The notes under the pieces: model-generated
Databases searched by the model: none
What the model was told of the DNA's origin: nothing
What the model saw: the letters and a program-made list of their open reading frames with translations, nothing else
Assembly (NCBI RefSeq): GCF_902713615.1
Contig: NC_052154.1
Span: 92,449,030 to 92,513,029, forward strand
Direction of reading: 5' to 3'
Origin: Scyliorhinus canicula
Taxonomy: Eukaryota
Length of the DNA: 64,000 bases
Shown here: one piece after another, positions 47,831-62,539 of the stretch
How the letters are laid out: each line of letters opens with the position of its first letter
How positions within the stretch are numbered: position 1 is the first letter of the stretch
Program-made: the position numbers and the translations under genes

Positions 47831-49079
47831 AGGCCGTACTCTGGGCTGATGATATAGAATTTACAGTGCAGAAGGAGGCCATTCGGCCCATCGAGTCTGC
47901 ACCGGCTCCTGGAAAGAGCACCCTACCCAAGGTTAACACATCCACCCTATCCCCATAACCCAGTAACCCCACCCAACACTAAGGGCAATTTTGGACACTA
48001 AGGGCAATTTATCATGGCCAATCCACCTAACCTGCACATCTTTGGACTGTGGGAGGAAACCGGAGCACCCGGAGGAAACCCACGCAGACACGGGGAGGAA
48101 GTGCAGACTCCGCACAGACAGTGACCCAAGCCGGAATCGAACCTGGGACCCTGGAGCTGTGAAGCGATTGTGCTATCCACAATGCTACCATGCTGCTCTA
48201 CAACTGTTCCCAAAGAGGCACACTCTGACAATCATCAATTGTGGATGGTCATCCTCAAATTGATGAAAGACGCTCTTTGCTCTACCTGAGGTCTGTTGGT
48301 CCAGGAGTTTGCCCAGCGACAGTGAAGGAACGATGATATATTTCCAAGTAAAGATGGAGAGCGACTTACAGAGTAGCCTTCAGCTGGTGATGTTCCCATG
48401 CATCTGCTGCCCCAGTCTGTCTAAGTAGTACTGGTCTAGGTTTGGAAGGCGCTGAACAAAGGTCAAAGAACAAAGAACATTACAGCACAGGAACAGGCCC
48501 TTCGGCCCTCCAAGCCTGTGCTGACCATGCTGCCCGTTGAAACTAAAATCTTCTACATTTCCTGGGCCCGTATCCCTCTATTCCCATCCTATTCATGTAT
48601 CTGTCAAGATGCCCCTTAAATGTCACTATTGTCCCTGCTTCCACCACCTCCTCTGGCAGCGGGTTCCAGGCACCCACTACTCTCTGTGGAAAAAACGTAA
48701 AAACGTCCCTCGTACATCTCCTCTAAACAATGCCCCTCACACCTTAAACCTATGCCCCCTATCTACCCTTGGAAAAAGCCTCTGACTATCCACTCTGTCT
48801 ATGCCCCTCATAATTTTGTAAACCTCTATCAGGTCACCCCAAAACCTCTGTCATTCCAGTGAGAACAAACCGAGTTTATTCAACCGCTCCTCATATCTAA
48901 TGCCCTACATACCAGGCAACATCCTGGTAAATCTCTGATGCACCCTCTCTATAGCCTCCACATCCTTCTGGTAGGGTGGCGACCAGAATTGAACACTATA
49001 CTTCAAGTGTGGCCTGACTAAGGTTCTATACAGCTGTAACATGACTTCCCAATTCTTATACTCAATTCTCATGCTGCTT

Positions 49080-49860
49080 AGGGAACCTATATATCGGACA
49101 GGAAGGGATTGTGTGTTTGTGGAGCTGGTAGCAATCAAGTGGGTTGTTGAGTCGGAGATTGTGGCAACGCATTTGAGTTTTCTTTGGAGCTGCACTCATC
49201 CAGACAAGTGAAGAGTATTCCATAGGAGTCTTGACTAGTTCCTTTTAGATGATGGACATGTTTTGAGGAATCAGGAGTTGAGTTACTCGCCACAAGATTC
49301 CATATTCTGGTGGCTACAGTATTTGTATGGCTAGTGTGGTTCAGTTTCTCATCAGTGGTAAACCCCAGGATGTTGGTTGTGGGGGATTCAGAAATGGCAA
49401 TGCCATTAGCTGTCAAGGGCCGAATAGTTGAATCAACTTTTGTTGGAGATGTACATTGTGTTGGCACGTGTGGCGCGTGAATATTTTTTGCCACTTGTCA
49501 GCCCAAGTCTGGATATTGTCCCCATCTTGCTGCTTTTCGACATGGGCTGGTTTAGTATCTGTGGAGTCTGGAATGACACCGAACATTGTGAACAAGTGAA
49601 CAAGTCCACTTCTGACCTTATAATCGAAGGAGCTAAAGGTTGGATGTAGGACATTAGCCTGAAGTGGTCCTGCAGTGATGTCCTGGAGCTGAGATGATTG
49701 ACCTCCAATCACCAGAGCCATCATCCTTTGTGTCAGGCATGACTCTATCCAGCGGAGGGCTTTCCTCCAGATTTCCATTGACTCCACCTTTGCTAGGTGG
49801 CTTGCTGCCATACTCGATTAAATATTGCCTTGTTGCCAAGGGCAATCACCTTCACCTCAA
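49080..49860 (-). mobile_element. Degenerate LINE RT fragment
   Basis: KALRWIESCLTQRMMALVIGGQSSQLQDITAG… and NIQTWADKWQ (decayed RT core). Confidence 0.65.
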
Positions 49861-51133
49861 ACTGTGGGAAGAAATCGAAGCACCCAGAAGAATGGCAGTG
49901 GCACTGTGGTTAATGTGCCAGGTACCCGGGTTCAATTCCAGCCTTGGGTGACTGTGTAGACTTTGTACATTCTACACATGTCTGTGTGGATTTTCTCTGG
50001 GTCTCTCGTTTCCTCCCAGAGTCCAAAGATCTATAGGTTAGGTGGATTGGCAATGCTAAGTTGCCACTTAGTGTCCAGGGATGTACTCGTTCGGTTTCAG
50101 GGATGGGGTGGGGTAGTGGACCCAGTTAGGATATTCTTTCAGAGTTTCTGTGCAGACTTCATGGGTTGAATGGCCTCGTTCTGCACTGTAGTAATTATAT
50201 GGTTCTTTCCCATGGTTCTAGAAAACCCATGCAGGCACGGGGAGAATGTATAAATACCACACAGTCATCCAAGGTCCTAACTGAGCACGTGTCCCTGGTA
50301 TTGTGAGGCAGAAGTGCTAACTAGTGTGTCACCATGTTAATTATGTTTCTGCCTTGTTTACATCAATTACCTTATTCAATGTGCTGGACTCTTAACTTCC
50401 CCTCAAGGGAAATTAGGGTTGGGCAATAAAATCTAGCACAGACAGTGATGCCCACATCCCATAAATGAAGGTAAATATATATATAATTATCTAAATTAAA
50501 TGTGCTCTGATGTTTCAATAAGACATTTGTAGAAGCTTGTAAAGTTTAATGTAAAATATTTATTATTGAAAATTATTTTATAAATACAAAACCTTGAAAC
50601 CAGTCAACACTTAACTTACGGTTTAATATTATCAGCTGAACAATGGCAAAAACAACTGCTTCACCCTTGACAAATTTGTTGCAAAAAAATATATTTTCTC
50701 ACTTAAACATAATAGTCCTGTCCATTTGTGAAGAGGAGGAGGGTAAGGGGGGGAGTGGAGGGAAGGGGGCAGGGAAGGGAGCGAAGAGGATGGAGGGAGG
50801 GAAGATGGGGGGGAAGGACAGGGTTTTGACAATTGTTAATTGACAAGTTCAACGACCAAATTCAGCAGTTGCTGAAGTGTAATACCCTGGCATACATCTC
50901 CTCTGACATGATTTTGGGATGTTATTTGACAGTAAATTGTAGACAATACCTGCCAGGTATATAGTTCACATTAGCTTACAGGAGACTTGCATCATCTAAG
51001 GCTTTAAACTTTGGTAAAGCATTTGAAGTAGTCACTGAGACTTCTAAGGATCAGGGAGACTTGTTATTAACTCAGCTTAAAATATGTTGCAAAATCCAAA
51101 TGTACTTCAGCTCTGAATCAGCTGGAAGGACAG

Positions 51134-51974
51134 TGTTGGTCGTTCTGGGTGAGTGTGCTTAACACTCAATTTGGCTCTGTTTCTTTACTTAGTTCTAGAG
51201 TCGCCAGGTGTCGTTAAGACACCGTCACAAGTTCAAGGTGAAGTTCAAAGCAATAAAACCAATTAGTAAGTCCAAACAACTGAGTTTATTATAATACAAT
51301 TATAATAACTACCCATGCACACGCTAAAAGTATTAAACTTATTCCTACCGCTAAATAAACTAATACTTATCTCGAAGGAACTGCTGGGTCAGGGAACAAG
51401 GCCTCTTGCTCTGCTCTGGTCTGCAGACTTCAGGTTGGTAAAAGTTAAAAGGGGTCAGGAGTGTCTATCTCTGGTAGCGATCGTTGTGAGACACTTACTT
51501 GCTGGTGGCTGCTGTCCGAACCCTCTCCTCTCTCTCGTTCAAGGTCTTCTTGGCAAAAGCTGGTCGAGGTGCTGGTCCACGGAGGAGTGCTCGTCAAAGA
51601 GAGAGGAGGGCTGGACGAGAAGACTGAACCAGGTGTGGGACCTGTCTTTTATAGGTCCCAGGGATCCGCGCCCCTTTGGGCGGACTCCCTTACCTGCTTG
51701 GAATCGATTGGGTCTCTTCCCAATCAATATGTTTGAATACCCCCAATACTGAGGCTCTCCTCAGCTACTGGGCGGGCCTTCAGGCTCTTTGTTTTCGAAT
51801 CTTGCTGGTGCCTGAGTGTCTGGTATCCTTTACAATGTTGCAGTTGCTTCCCCAATTGTGTCCATTGTCTCTGGAATCGTTCCATTAACATGCTAATTAT
51901 CCAGGTGATTGCCTCATTAGTATGCGGAACGTTCGTTTCGGTGCTGTCTGCTTTCTTAGCAGACAGAATCCACA
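51134..51974 (-). mobile_element. Solo LTR (841 bp)
   Basis: On the minus strand it runs TGTGGATTC…ACCAACA, with TATAAAA (plus-strand 51647-53) and AATAAA (plus-strand 51285-90) in the expected order. No TSD. Confidence 0.8.
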
Positions 51975-53021
51975 CCTGCTAGGTGCAGCCAGCTGGCGCC
52001 GCAAACATTGTCCATTTTATCCTATATGCTTTGCGTTCCTCCATTTTGTATTCAACTTTGGCATAAAGCATTTGAAGTAGTCACTGAGACTTCTAAGGAT
52101 CAGGGAGACTTGTTAATAATTCAGCTTAAAATATGTTGCAAAATCCAAATGTACTTCAGCTCTGAATCAGCTGGAAGGACAGGAATACTCAGATTAATGT
52201 CCTTGAAGGAGTCAATAACACCAGTATCGAGGCCATGATCATCCAAAACCAAATCCATTGGGCCTTCCATATGATTCGGATATCTGAGTCCTGACTGCCA
52301 AAACAAATCTTATTCACCCAGCTCAAGGAAGGATGCCGATCAAGAGGAGGACAAAGGAAGCTCTTCAAAGACACCTTTTAGGCTTACCTCAAGAAATAAA
52401 ACATAGACGTCATGCCTGGCAGAGCTTTGCTCAGAGGTGACCTACTTGGAGGAACCTCCTGATTGAAGGTCACAATTCTTTAAGAACATTCGAAAGCAAG
52501 AGGAGTTCCAGAAAAGGAGCCTGAGAAAGGATTGTCCATGACTTAGCATCCAAGGACCAATGCCATCTTTTGAAAACCCTGCCAAGTGAGTGATTGAAGA
52601 TGGGGCACTAGGTTCAGTCTCATCAGCCACATAAGGACCCACGGAACCCGTGACCTGTAACACTGCGTATCTTAGGTAGACAATCATACCCGTGAGCAAC
52701 TGATAACCACATTCTATCCATTACAGTTCCTTTAATGGAATTAACATCCTCGTGACAAACCAAAGTTCTAAAAAAAAACTCATTCACCTTCTGTGACTAC
52801 GCCCACGTTTTATACAGTAAATTACCCATTTAATGAAATTAACAGCCTCATGACAAATGAAACTTTAAAAAATGTCTTCCTTTCATGTTATTTGCATTTT
52901 AAACATTTTAAACAATATACATGAATAATATAAAACTCTAACCTATCAAAAAATAATGTGTCCGACAGGACCCCAACATTGCAGAAGGAGGCCATTCCGC
53001 CCATTGAGTCTGCACTGAGCC
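51973..53021 (+). repeat. Direct duplication of about 1.05 kb, copy B (includes the RTE remnant)
   Basis: Matches 38206-39252. A further 127-bp partial copy lies at 51007-51133. Confidence 0.9.
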
Positions 53022-53681
53022 TCTGACAGTGCACCCTGCCTTGGTCCGTTCCCCCAGCCACGTTATCCTATCTCTGTAACCTAACATGTCCATCTCTAGA
53101 TACTAAGTGACAATTTAGCATGGCCAATCCATCTAACCTCACATCTTTTGACTGTGGAGGAAACTGCAGCACCCAGAGGAAACCCAGGCAGACACGGGGA
53201 GAACGTGCAAATTCCACATGGACAATGCCAGAATTAAACCTTGTTTCCTGGCGCTGTGAGGCAGCAGTGATAACCACGTTACCACCGTGAAGGTGGGCGG
53301 CACTGTAGCACAGTGGTTAGCACTGTTGTTTCACAGCGCCAGGGACGGGGTAAGATTCCCTCCTTGGGTCACTGTCTGTGCGGAGTCTGCACGTTCTCCC
53401 AGTGTGTGGGTTTCCTCCGGGTGCTCTGGTTTCCTCCCACAAGTCCCAAAGAAGTGTCTTGGAGGTAAAGGCCAAGCAATGGCCCTTGGCTTCAATGTGA
53501 AATGACTGTCCTGAAGCGCTTCCCTGACATTGAGGCGCGCACCCAGCATCATGGTTTTTCGGATAATGTTTTAAGCAAACAACACCGCAACACATCGTAC
53601 ATTAGATCGAATTATCGACAAACGAATACCTCTAAACTATCAGAGCCTTCTAAACTACTGGCCGATCAACAGCCATGCGCA

Positions 53682-54175
53682 ATGTTTGTGTGCTAGTGCA
53701 GATGGGCTTTGGGGATTTTTTACGAAGGTATTTTTCATTCCAGTTGGCCGACCTCTAGTGTTCATTTTGTTTCTTCGAAGCAGTGATTTCGCGTGATTGT
53801 CTGTCTGTCCATCTGTCTGCGGTTGAAGTATAATTCAATTGTATGTGGTAACTACATGTTTAATATGTTACAGTTGTTTCTGCCTCAGTGTCGCAAACTC
53901 CTGAAAGCACCATTCTGATGGCAGGTTCAGACATGACGTTCCATTGTACAGCGAGCCCAGTCCTGATTCACTCACACGTGGATGTTTATTGGTGGAAACT
54001 TGGCAACCAAGCCTCATTACAACCAGATTCTGACGGCAGAAAACGGTTCTTTCCTTTTACAAATGGAGCGACTTCATTCCAGATCCTGAATGTCCGTGTC
54101 CCCGACTCCGGATTCTATTACTGCGGAGTGCGAGACTCAGGTAACAGGATTCTGAATGGAACCGAATTGTGCACG
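53682..54175 (+). pseudogene. Leader + V exon pseudogene, paralogous to gene 2
   Basis: Leader 53682-53727 has an in-frame TAG at codon 5. V exon 53874-54175 is 302 nt versus 312 nt in gene 2, with a 10-nt deletion that removes the J-like GTGSKL. No convincing C1 or TM exon downstream in the window. Confidence 0.88.
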
Positions 54176-55619
54176 GTAAACGAATTTGGACTGAGTTGCG
54201 GCCTCTGCCATTTTGAGATGACCAATTTACAAATAAAAAAGCGAGGTGGAGAAGGCACCTCATGAGGCATATTTTCCAATGTTGTTAATAGTGAATCTCG
54301 TGTACATTGATTTTAGATATTTATACTGTGGTGTAGCTAAAGTGCTTTGAGATTAAAAATATTGAATGACGTGCAAACTAGCATGAATTGATTTGGTCAT
54401 TAGTAATTTTATCCATGGCATTGCTGTATTTAAGATAATTAGGGCCTATTATTTTCAAATCAGAATTGTTGTTATATCACAATTTGCTTGACCGGCTGTT
54501 TCTGTGAGGTTTCAGCCACAAACAATTCGTTTCTGTCCTTGCTTCCACCTATCTCGGATTATTTACCCTCTTCATAATCGAGAGCAAGAGAATAACATTT
54601 CCAATGTACTTTCCCTGCTGGAAAGCAAATAAGAGCGGCCTCTCTGAATGTCTGAGCGGCGCTCCAGTTCTTCAAGTTAGTTATACGTTTCTACGCCACC
54701 GCCAGTGATCTGTCGCCTGACTGGAGTCCAGTTGGGGACTGGTTTAGCACAGTGGGCTAAACAGCTGATTTGAAATGCACAACGACGCTAGCAGCGCGGA
54801 TTCAATTCCCGAACCCCGGAATGTGGCGACTAGGGATTTTCACAGTAACTTCATTGGAGCCTACAGGTGCCAATAAGCGATTATTATTAATTTACTTGTA
54901 CACAGTCTGCAAAGTGTATCCTTACCAATATATTGGAGAAACTCATGAGTTGTCCATTTTTGTGGCCAGTCACTGAAGGTTATATGTTGCTACTACAACC
55001 TGGATTTTGGCTTCAGATTCCTCCTCTGCCCTGGAGCCCAGGACTATTTACTGTTCATACATATTAATACATATTAATAATAACACACATCTTTTTTCTG
55101 ATAAAGTCAGACTACCCAATTACCTTTTTTTCCAATTAAGGGGCAATTTAGCGAGGCTAATGGTCACACTCAAAGGAAAGACTGGGTGATCTGGCAAAAC
55201 CAAACAGCGAGGTTATACTGCTGGAGGATGTAACAATTTTACTGCATTGTTCACTGTCCCTGTTACGTTTGTTTAAAACACACAGTAGTTTTGTATCTGA
55301 AAATGGAAAATGTAATACAGTACCATACTCCGAGTTCTATGTTCGCCGTTCCCATGTTCCTATCTAATGGCAGATAACTACGTTTTAACGATTGCAGTTT
55401 CAACAGCTTCCACGGAATGATAAAGTGCTGAAATGGAAACACAGGCAGCTGGCGTTGCGGCTCCTTCGTTGAACATACTTGTAGAATGTTGCAGCTGCCC
55501 AGACACCTGCCCTGCAGCAGCTCACTGGTTGGGTTGAACAGAAGATCCGACGTTGGGGCGCTGGAATCATGGAGCAGACTTCTTACTGTGTTCACCCCAG
55601 TCCATCTCCACATCATCAT

Positions 55620-58600
55620 CATTGGGGATAGTATCTCGGTGACCAGGATCTAGAATGCCAAACGTTGTGTTGCCTGCATGGTGCTCAGGTTGAGGATCTG
55701 GGCTGAAGAGGAATTTTGTTTTTTATAATCTTTATTGTCAGAAGTAAACTTACATTAACATTGCAATGAAATTACTGTGAAAAGTCCATACCAACCACAT
55801 TCTGGTGCATGTTCGGATACACGGAGGGAGAATTCCGAATACCCAAATTACCTAACAGCATGTCTTTCGGCACTTGTCGGAGGAAACTGGATCATGTGGA
55901 GGAAACCATGCAGACACGGAGAAAACATGCAGACTCCACACAGACAGTGACTGAAGCCGGCAATCGAACCTGGGACCCTGGCGCTGTGAAGCAACAGTGC
56001 TATCATGCCACCCTTCGAGTGGGAGGGTAAAGATCTAATTGTCATGGTCCACGTAGGTACCAATGATATAGGTAGAATAAGGACAGAGTTTCTGCTAAGG
56101 GAGTATGAACAGCTAAGAGCTAAATTAAAAAGCAGAAGCAAGAAGGTAATGATCTCTGGATTACTACCTGCGCCCCAAGCTGTAAATTCTATTATGGGCA
56201 GCATAGCAGCACAAGTGGATAGCACTGTAGTTTCACAGTGCCAGGGTCCCAGGTTCGATTCCCCACTGGGTCACTGTGCAGAGTCTGCACGTTCTGCCCG
56301 TGTCTGCGTGGGTTTTCTCCGGGTGCTCCAGTTTCCTCCCACAGTCCAAAGACATGTGGGTTAGGTGGATTGGCCAAGATAAATTGCCCTTAGTGACCAA
56401 AAAGGTTAGGAGGGGTTATTGGGTTATGGAGATCGGGTGGAAGTGAGTTGAGTGCAGACTCAATGGGCTGCACGGTATGTTCTATGTTCTAATTGGCATG
56501 GGGTCAATAAGATTAAGGAGATAAATGAGTGGCTCAAGGATTAATGTGGGAGAAATAGGTTTGAATTCATGGGACATTGGCATCAGTACTGGGGAAGAGG
56601 GGACCTTTACCGAAGGGACAGTTTTCATCTGAATCATGCTGGAACCAGAGTCCTGGTGAATCACATAACCAGGATTGTAGAGGGCAGCATTGTGGGGCAG
56701 TGAGTTAGCCCTGCAGCCTGACTGCACCGAGGTCCCAGGTTCGATCCCCACTCTGAGTCACTGTCCGTGTGGAGTTTGCACATTCTCCCTATGTTTGCGT
56801 GGGTTTCACCCTTACAACCCAAAGATGTGCAGGCTAGGTGGATTGGCCATGCTAAGTTGCCCCTTATTTGGAAAAAAATGAATTGGGTACTCTAAATTTT
56901 TTTTTTTTAAACTAGGACTGTAGGTAGGGCTTCAAATTTAATAAAAGAACAGAGCGTATAGATGGTGGCAGAAATCTAACCTCAGGCAGAGCAAAAACAT
57001 GGTCAAATATGAGAAGGGGGAGGTCAATGCAGGACTGAGGATGTTGTACCTAAATGCATGATGTATATGAAACAAGGTAAATAAGTATGTCGCACACATT
57101 GAAATTGGCAGGTATGATGCTGTGGGCTTCACAGAGAGGTGTGTACAAGATGATCAGGGATGGGATCTAATTATCCAAGGATGTGTCCTATTGAAAGACA
57201 GGAAGATGGGCAGAAGGGGTGAGTTTGCATTGTTCATAAGGAATTAAATGACATTGACAGAAAGATGCGACATAGGATCGGAAGCAGAGAATCTGTATGG
57301 GTAGAGTTGAGGAATTGCAAACAAAAAAAGACCCCGGTGGGAGCATACAAAGGAGCGAGGATTAGTGGTAAACCAGAGGATTTTCAAACCTTTAAAACCA
57401 ATCAGAGGACAACTAAGAAATATGAGTGCAAACTGGCGAGTAACACAAAAGAAGATAGCAAGAGATTATTTTCAATATATCACAGTAAGAGAAACACAAG
57501 AATGGACATTGGATCACTGGAAAATGAGCCCGCAGAAGTAGCAAGAGTAAACTTTGCATCCATCTGCACGATGGAAGACACCAGTGGAATATCAGACCTT
57601 CAGGAGAATCAGGGGCAGAGGTGAGTTTAGTCGCCATCACTAAAGAGAAGGTATGGGAAAACTGAAATGTCTGAAGGTGGATATATCTTAAAGTGGATAT
57701 ATCTCAAGGTGGATATATCTCCTGGACCAGATGAACTACACCCCAGGGATCTGAAGGAGATAGCTGATGATATTGTGAAGGCTTTGATGGTGATCTTTCA
57801 GGAATCAGTGGAGGCAGAGAAGATCCCAGAGGGCTGGAAAATGGTGAATGTAACACCCCAGTTTAAGGTGGGATGGAGGTAGAAGATGGGAAATTATAGG
57901 TTGGTTAGCCTGACTTCGGACATGGGTAAGATTTTAGAGTCCATTATTAAAGATGTGATTGCAGAGTACTTGGAAGTTCATAATCAAAGAGGACTGAATC
58001 AGCAGGGCTTCGTCAAGGACGACAATCAGTTAGAGTTCTTTGAGGACGTAACGAGGAGGTTAGACAAAGGAGAACTAGTGGACATAGAACATAGAACAGT
58101 ACAGCACAGAACAGGCCCTTCGGCCCTCGATGTTGTGCCGAGCAATGATCACCCTACTTAAACCCACGTAACCCGTATACCCGTAACCCAACAATCCCCC
58201 CATTAACCTTACACTATGGGCAATTTTAGCATGGCCAATCCACCTAACCCGCACATCTTTGGACTGTGGGAGGAAACCGGAGCACCCGGAGGAAACCCAC
58301 GCACACAACGGGAGGACGTGCAGACTCCACACAGACAGTGACCCAGCCGGGAACCGAACCTGGGACCCTGGAGCTGTGAAGCATTGATGCTAACCACCAT
58401 GCTACCGTGAGGCCCCCTTGCTACCGTGAGGCCCCCTAACTACCGTGAGGCCCCCATGATCTATTTAGATTTCCAGAAGCCGTTTGACAAGTTGCCATAT
58501 AGGAGAGCTTTAAATAAGTTAAGAGTCCATGGTGTTAAGGGGAAGATATTGGCATGGACAGAGGATTGGCTGACTGGCAGAAGGCAGAGAGTTAGGATAA

Positions 58601-59910
58601 AAGGGTCCATTTCAGGATGGCATCCGGTGACTAGTCGTGTGCCTCAGGGATCTGTGCTGGGACCACAACCTTTTACAGTATTTATTGGTCTCTGGACAGC
58701 ATGGTGGCACTGTGGTGGCACTGCTGCCTGACAGCTTCCGGGCCCGGGGTTCAATTCCAGCCTTGGGTGAATGTCTGCGTGGAATATGAACTTTTTCCAC
58801 GTGTTTGCGTGGGTTTCTTACGGGTGCTCCAGTTTCCTCCCACAGACCAAAGATATGCAGGTTAGGTGGATTGGCCATGCTAAATTGTCACTTAATGTCC
58901 GAAAGCTTAGGTGGCATTCCAGTGATTGGGTGGAGGCGTGGGTTTAAGTAGGGTGTTCTTTCCAAAGTGTGATGCACACTTGATGGGCAGAACGGCCTCC
59001 TCCTGCACTTTAAATCCATTGATTTGTGAATATACATTAAAGATCTGGAAGAAGAAACCAAGGGCACTGTTGCTAAGTTTGCAGATGATACAAAGACATG
59101 TAGAGGGGCAGGAAGAACGGGGACTGCAGGATGACTTGGACATGCCATGAGAGTGTGAAAAGAAGTGGTAGATAGAATAAAATCTGGAAAAGTGCGAGGT
59201 TATGCACTTTTTTCTATTTTCTAAATGAGGAAGTGCTTAGGAAATCAGAAGCACAAAGGGACTTGGGAGCCCTTGTTCACAATTCTCTTAATGTTAATGT
59301 GCAGGTTCAGTCGGCAGTTAGGAAGGCAAATGCAATATTAGCATTCATGTCAAAAGGACTAGAGTACAAGACCAGGGAAGTACCTCTGAAGCTGTATATT
59401 GCTCTGGTCAAACACCATTTGGAGCATTGTGAGCAGTTGCAGGCCCCGTATCTAAGGAAGGATGTTTTGGCATTGTAAAGGATCCAGAGGAGGCTCACAA
59501 GAACAACCCCTGGAATGAAGAGCTTCTCATATGAGGAGGGGTTGAGAACTTTGGATCTGTACTCATTGGAGTTGCGAAGGATGAGGGGGAATCTTATTGA
59601 AACTTACAGGGTACTGAGAGGCCGAGAAATAGTGTGCGTGAAGAGGATGTTCCCACTTGTAAGAAAAATTACATAGTACTGAGATGAGGAGGAATTTCTT
59701 CACACAGAGGGTGGTGAATTTGTGGACCTCTTTGCCGCAGAAGGCTGTGGAGGACAAATCATTGAGTTTCTTTAAGACAGAGATAGATAGGTTCTTGATT
59801 AATAAGAGGATCAGGGGTTATGGGGAGAAGGCAGGAGAATGGGCTGAGAAATATATCAGCCACGATTGATTGGCGGAGCAGACATATTGGGGCAAATTGA
59901 CTAATTCTGC
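55620..59910 (+). mobile_element. Old, heavily mutated CR1 (ORF1 esterase, APE and RT remnants) with several SINE insertions
   Basis: VHVGTNDIG, ESVWVELRN, SPGPDELHPR, NYRLVSLT, DFQKPFDKLP, PQGSVLGP and a CR1 3' UTR. Confidence 0.8.
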
Positions 59911-62539
59911 TCCTCTGTCTTATGATATTATAGCAATAAAATAAAGTGTTCCTGCGATTAAATTAAAGGCTAATTAATTGTTATTGCCACTGTGAATGTA
60001 GTCCTGGCTGTGCTGCAAGGTCTCAGTCTTCACCCACGCTGTATTGCCGCGGATCTTGGTGACAATCTCTATATCGAAATGGAGCTCTTCACGCACTGGC
60101 TTTGGGCCACGTGAATTTTGATTGCTATGTGTAAGAGCGTTTCCAAGGCCTGAGTATTCAGCCAGCCTTTACATGGGATTCCTCCCTCTTTGTTGGGGCT
60201 TAGCTTAATAAACAGAGTGGACAGAAAACAACCTTGGATAAGACGACTTTTTTATCCTAAGCTTGGTTTCGTGTCCATGAGAGATGGACCTGGATAATGC
60301 CAAGATCGATCTGCTGAACACTGATAAAAACACATCAGTTGTACAATTTCCAAAAATCAATAGCCCACCCAGTTGAACTCGATCCAAACCCTGAAGCTGT
60401 CATGTTCAAACTATCCAATAAAATTATGAGCAACCCATGATTTAACCTCATCCTGTCATCTGTCATTTACCAAGGTCTGTGTCCATTTTAAGTTGTTTTT
60501 CCCATTCTAATATCGCTGTCAGATCCTGTCCACCCATTGTCCAGTTCGGGGCAGCACGGTAGCCTTGTGGTTAGCACAATCGCTTCATAGCTCCAGGGTC
60601 CCAGGTTCGATTCCGGCTTGGGTCACTATCTGTGCGGAGTCTGCACATCCTCCCCGTGTGTGCGTGGGTTTCCTCCGGGTGCTCCGGTTTCCTCCCACAG
60701 TCCAAAGATGTGCGGGTTAGGTGGATTGGCCATGCTAAATTGCCCTTAGTGTCCAAAATTGCCCTTAGTGTTGGGTGGGGTTACTGGGTAATGGGGATAG
60801 GGTGGAGGTGTTGACCTTGGGTAGGGTGCTCTTTCCAAGAGCCGGTGCAGACTCGATGGGCCGAATGGCCTCCTTCTGCACTGTAAATTCTATGGGACAG
60901 GATTTCCAAACTGGCTTCCTCTTAACTTCATGGATTGTTTCAGAGGATATTGGGGGCCACTGATAAAACCTGTTTACTCAGTCCACTATGTAAACTGCTG
61001 ACCACATATCTCGTGTGTCTCAGAAACATGGCAAGTTTGCTCACCTAAATCCCAACATGCATTGTGCCCACTGCTTGTAGCCAGAACCTACATGATTATC
61101 ACTGCTATGTTCTAAAATACAGGTTTAATGGATAGTAATGATTACTGGTTATACGTTCTATAATTAATCTCAATCCTTATTAAACAAACTTATGTAAAAC
61201 TACTCTACTGGCATCCTACCTATTCAGTTCAAAGAGGTCTCTTCGCAGGACACCACTTCCATCATGTTCTGAATAATTTGGTGGATAGGGCTTCCTTCTG
61301 CGGCCTGTCATTGTCCTTCCATTGCTCCTCTCCCTCTCTCTTTCAGCAGCTGGTGCTGCTCTACCTGGTCTCATTTCCAGCGGGTGCTGCTCTGCCTATT
61401 GATCTCAAACTTTACCCTACTATCACAATAAGTCATAGCAATCTACAGCACTGAAAAGGCCCTTCAGCCCATCGTGTCAGCACCGGTCAAACATCTCGTT
61501 ATTCTAATTCCATTTTCCAGCACTTGGCCCAACACAAGTGCATCTGAGGATCTCTACCTCCACCATCCTTTCAGGCACTGAGTTCTAGACTCTACCACCC
61601 TCTGTGTGAAAATGTTTTTCCTCATATCCAAAGAACAAAGAACAAATCAAAGTACAGCACAAGAACAGGCCCTTTGGCCCTCCAAGTCTGTGCCGACCCT
61701 GCTGCCCGTCTAAACTAAAATCTTCCAGACTTCCTGGGTCCATATCCCTCTATTCCCATCCTATTCATGTATTTGTCAAGATGCGCCTTAAATGTCACTA
61801 TCCCCTCTAAACTTCCTACCCCTTACCTTAAATCTATGCCCTACTGACCAGTGATCCTTCCACCAACGGGAAATGCCCCTTCCTGTCTACTTTCTATATA
61901 TAGAACATAGAACATAGAACAGTACAGCACAGAACAGGCCCTTCGGCCCTCGATGTTGTGCCGAGCAATGATCACCCTACTTAAACCCACGTAACCCGTA
62001 TACCCGTAACCCAACAATCCCCCCATTAACCTTACACTACGGGCAATTTAGCATGGCCAATCCACCTAACCCGCACATCTTTGGACTGTGGGAGGAAACC
62101 GGAGCACCCGGAGGAAACCCACGCACACACGGGGAGGACGTGCAGACTCCACACAGACAGTGACCCAGCCGGGAATCGAACCTGGGACCCTGGAGCTGTG
62201 AAGCATTGATGCTAACCACCATGCTACCGTGAGGCCCCCCTGAGAATATCCCTCAGAATTTCATACATCTCTATCATGTCCCCCCTGAGTCTCCTCTGGA
62301 CCAAGGAAAACAACCCAGATGATCAAATCTCATTGTTTATTCCCTTGTCCTGTTTGTCCCGCCCAAGTGCATCATCTCATACTAATCTGGATTTAATTGA
62401 ATCTGCCACTCATCTTTCACCATTTGCTCATTTGACCAGCCTGTCTATATCCTCCTGTAATCTAAGGCCGTCCTCACTATTTACCACCCACCAATTTTTG
62501 GATAATCCACAAAATTTCTGATCATACCTCCCACACTCA

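Noticed and set aside
55415-55540. Possible C1 exon of the pseudogene (acAG/cttccacggaa resembles the C1 start)
   Set aside because: Immediate stops, no FYP or YxC motifs, and only about a dozen similar nucleotides.
60230-60300. FYPK…RDG C1-like fragment
   Set aside because: It lacks the Cys and Trp. The similarity is at chance level.
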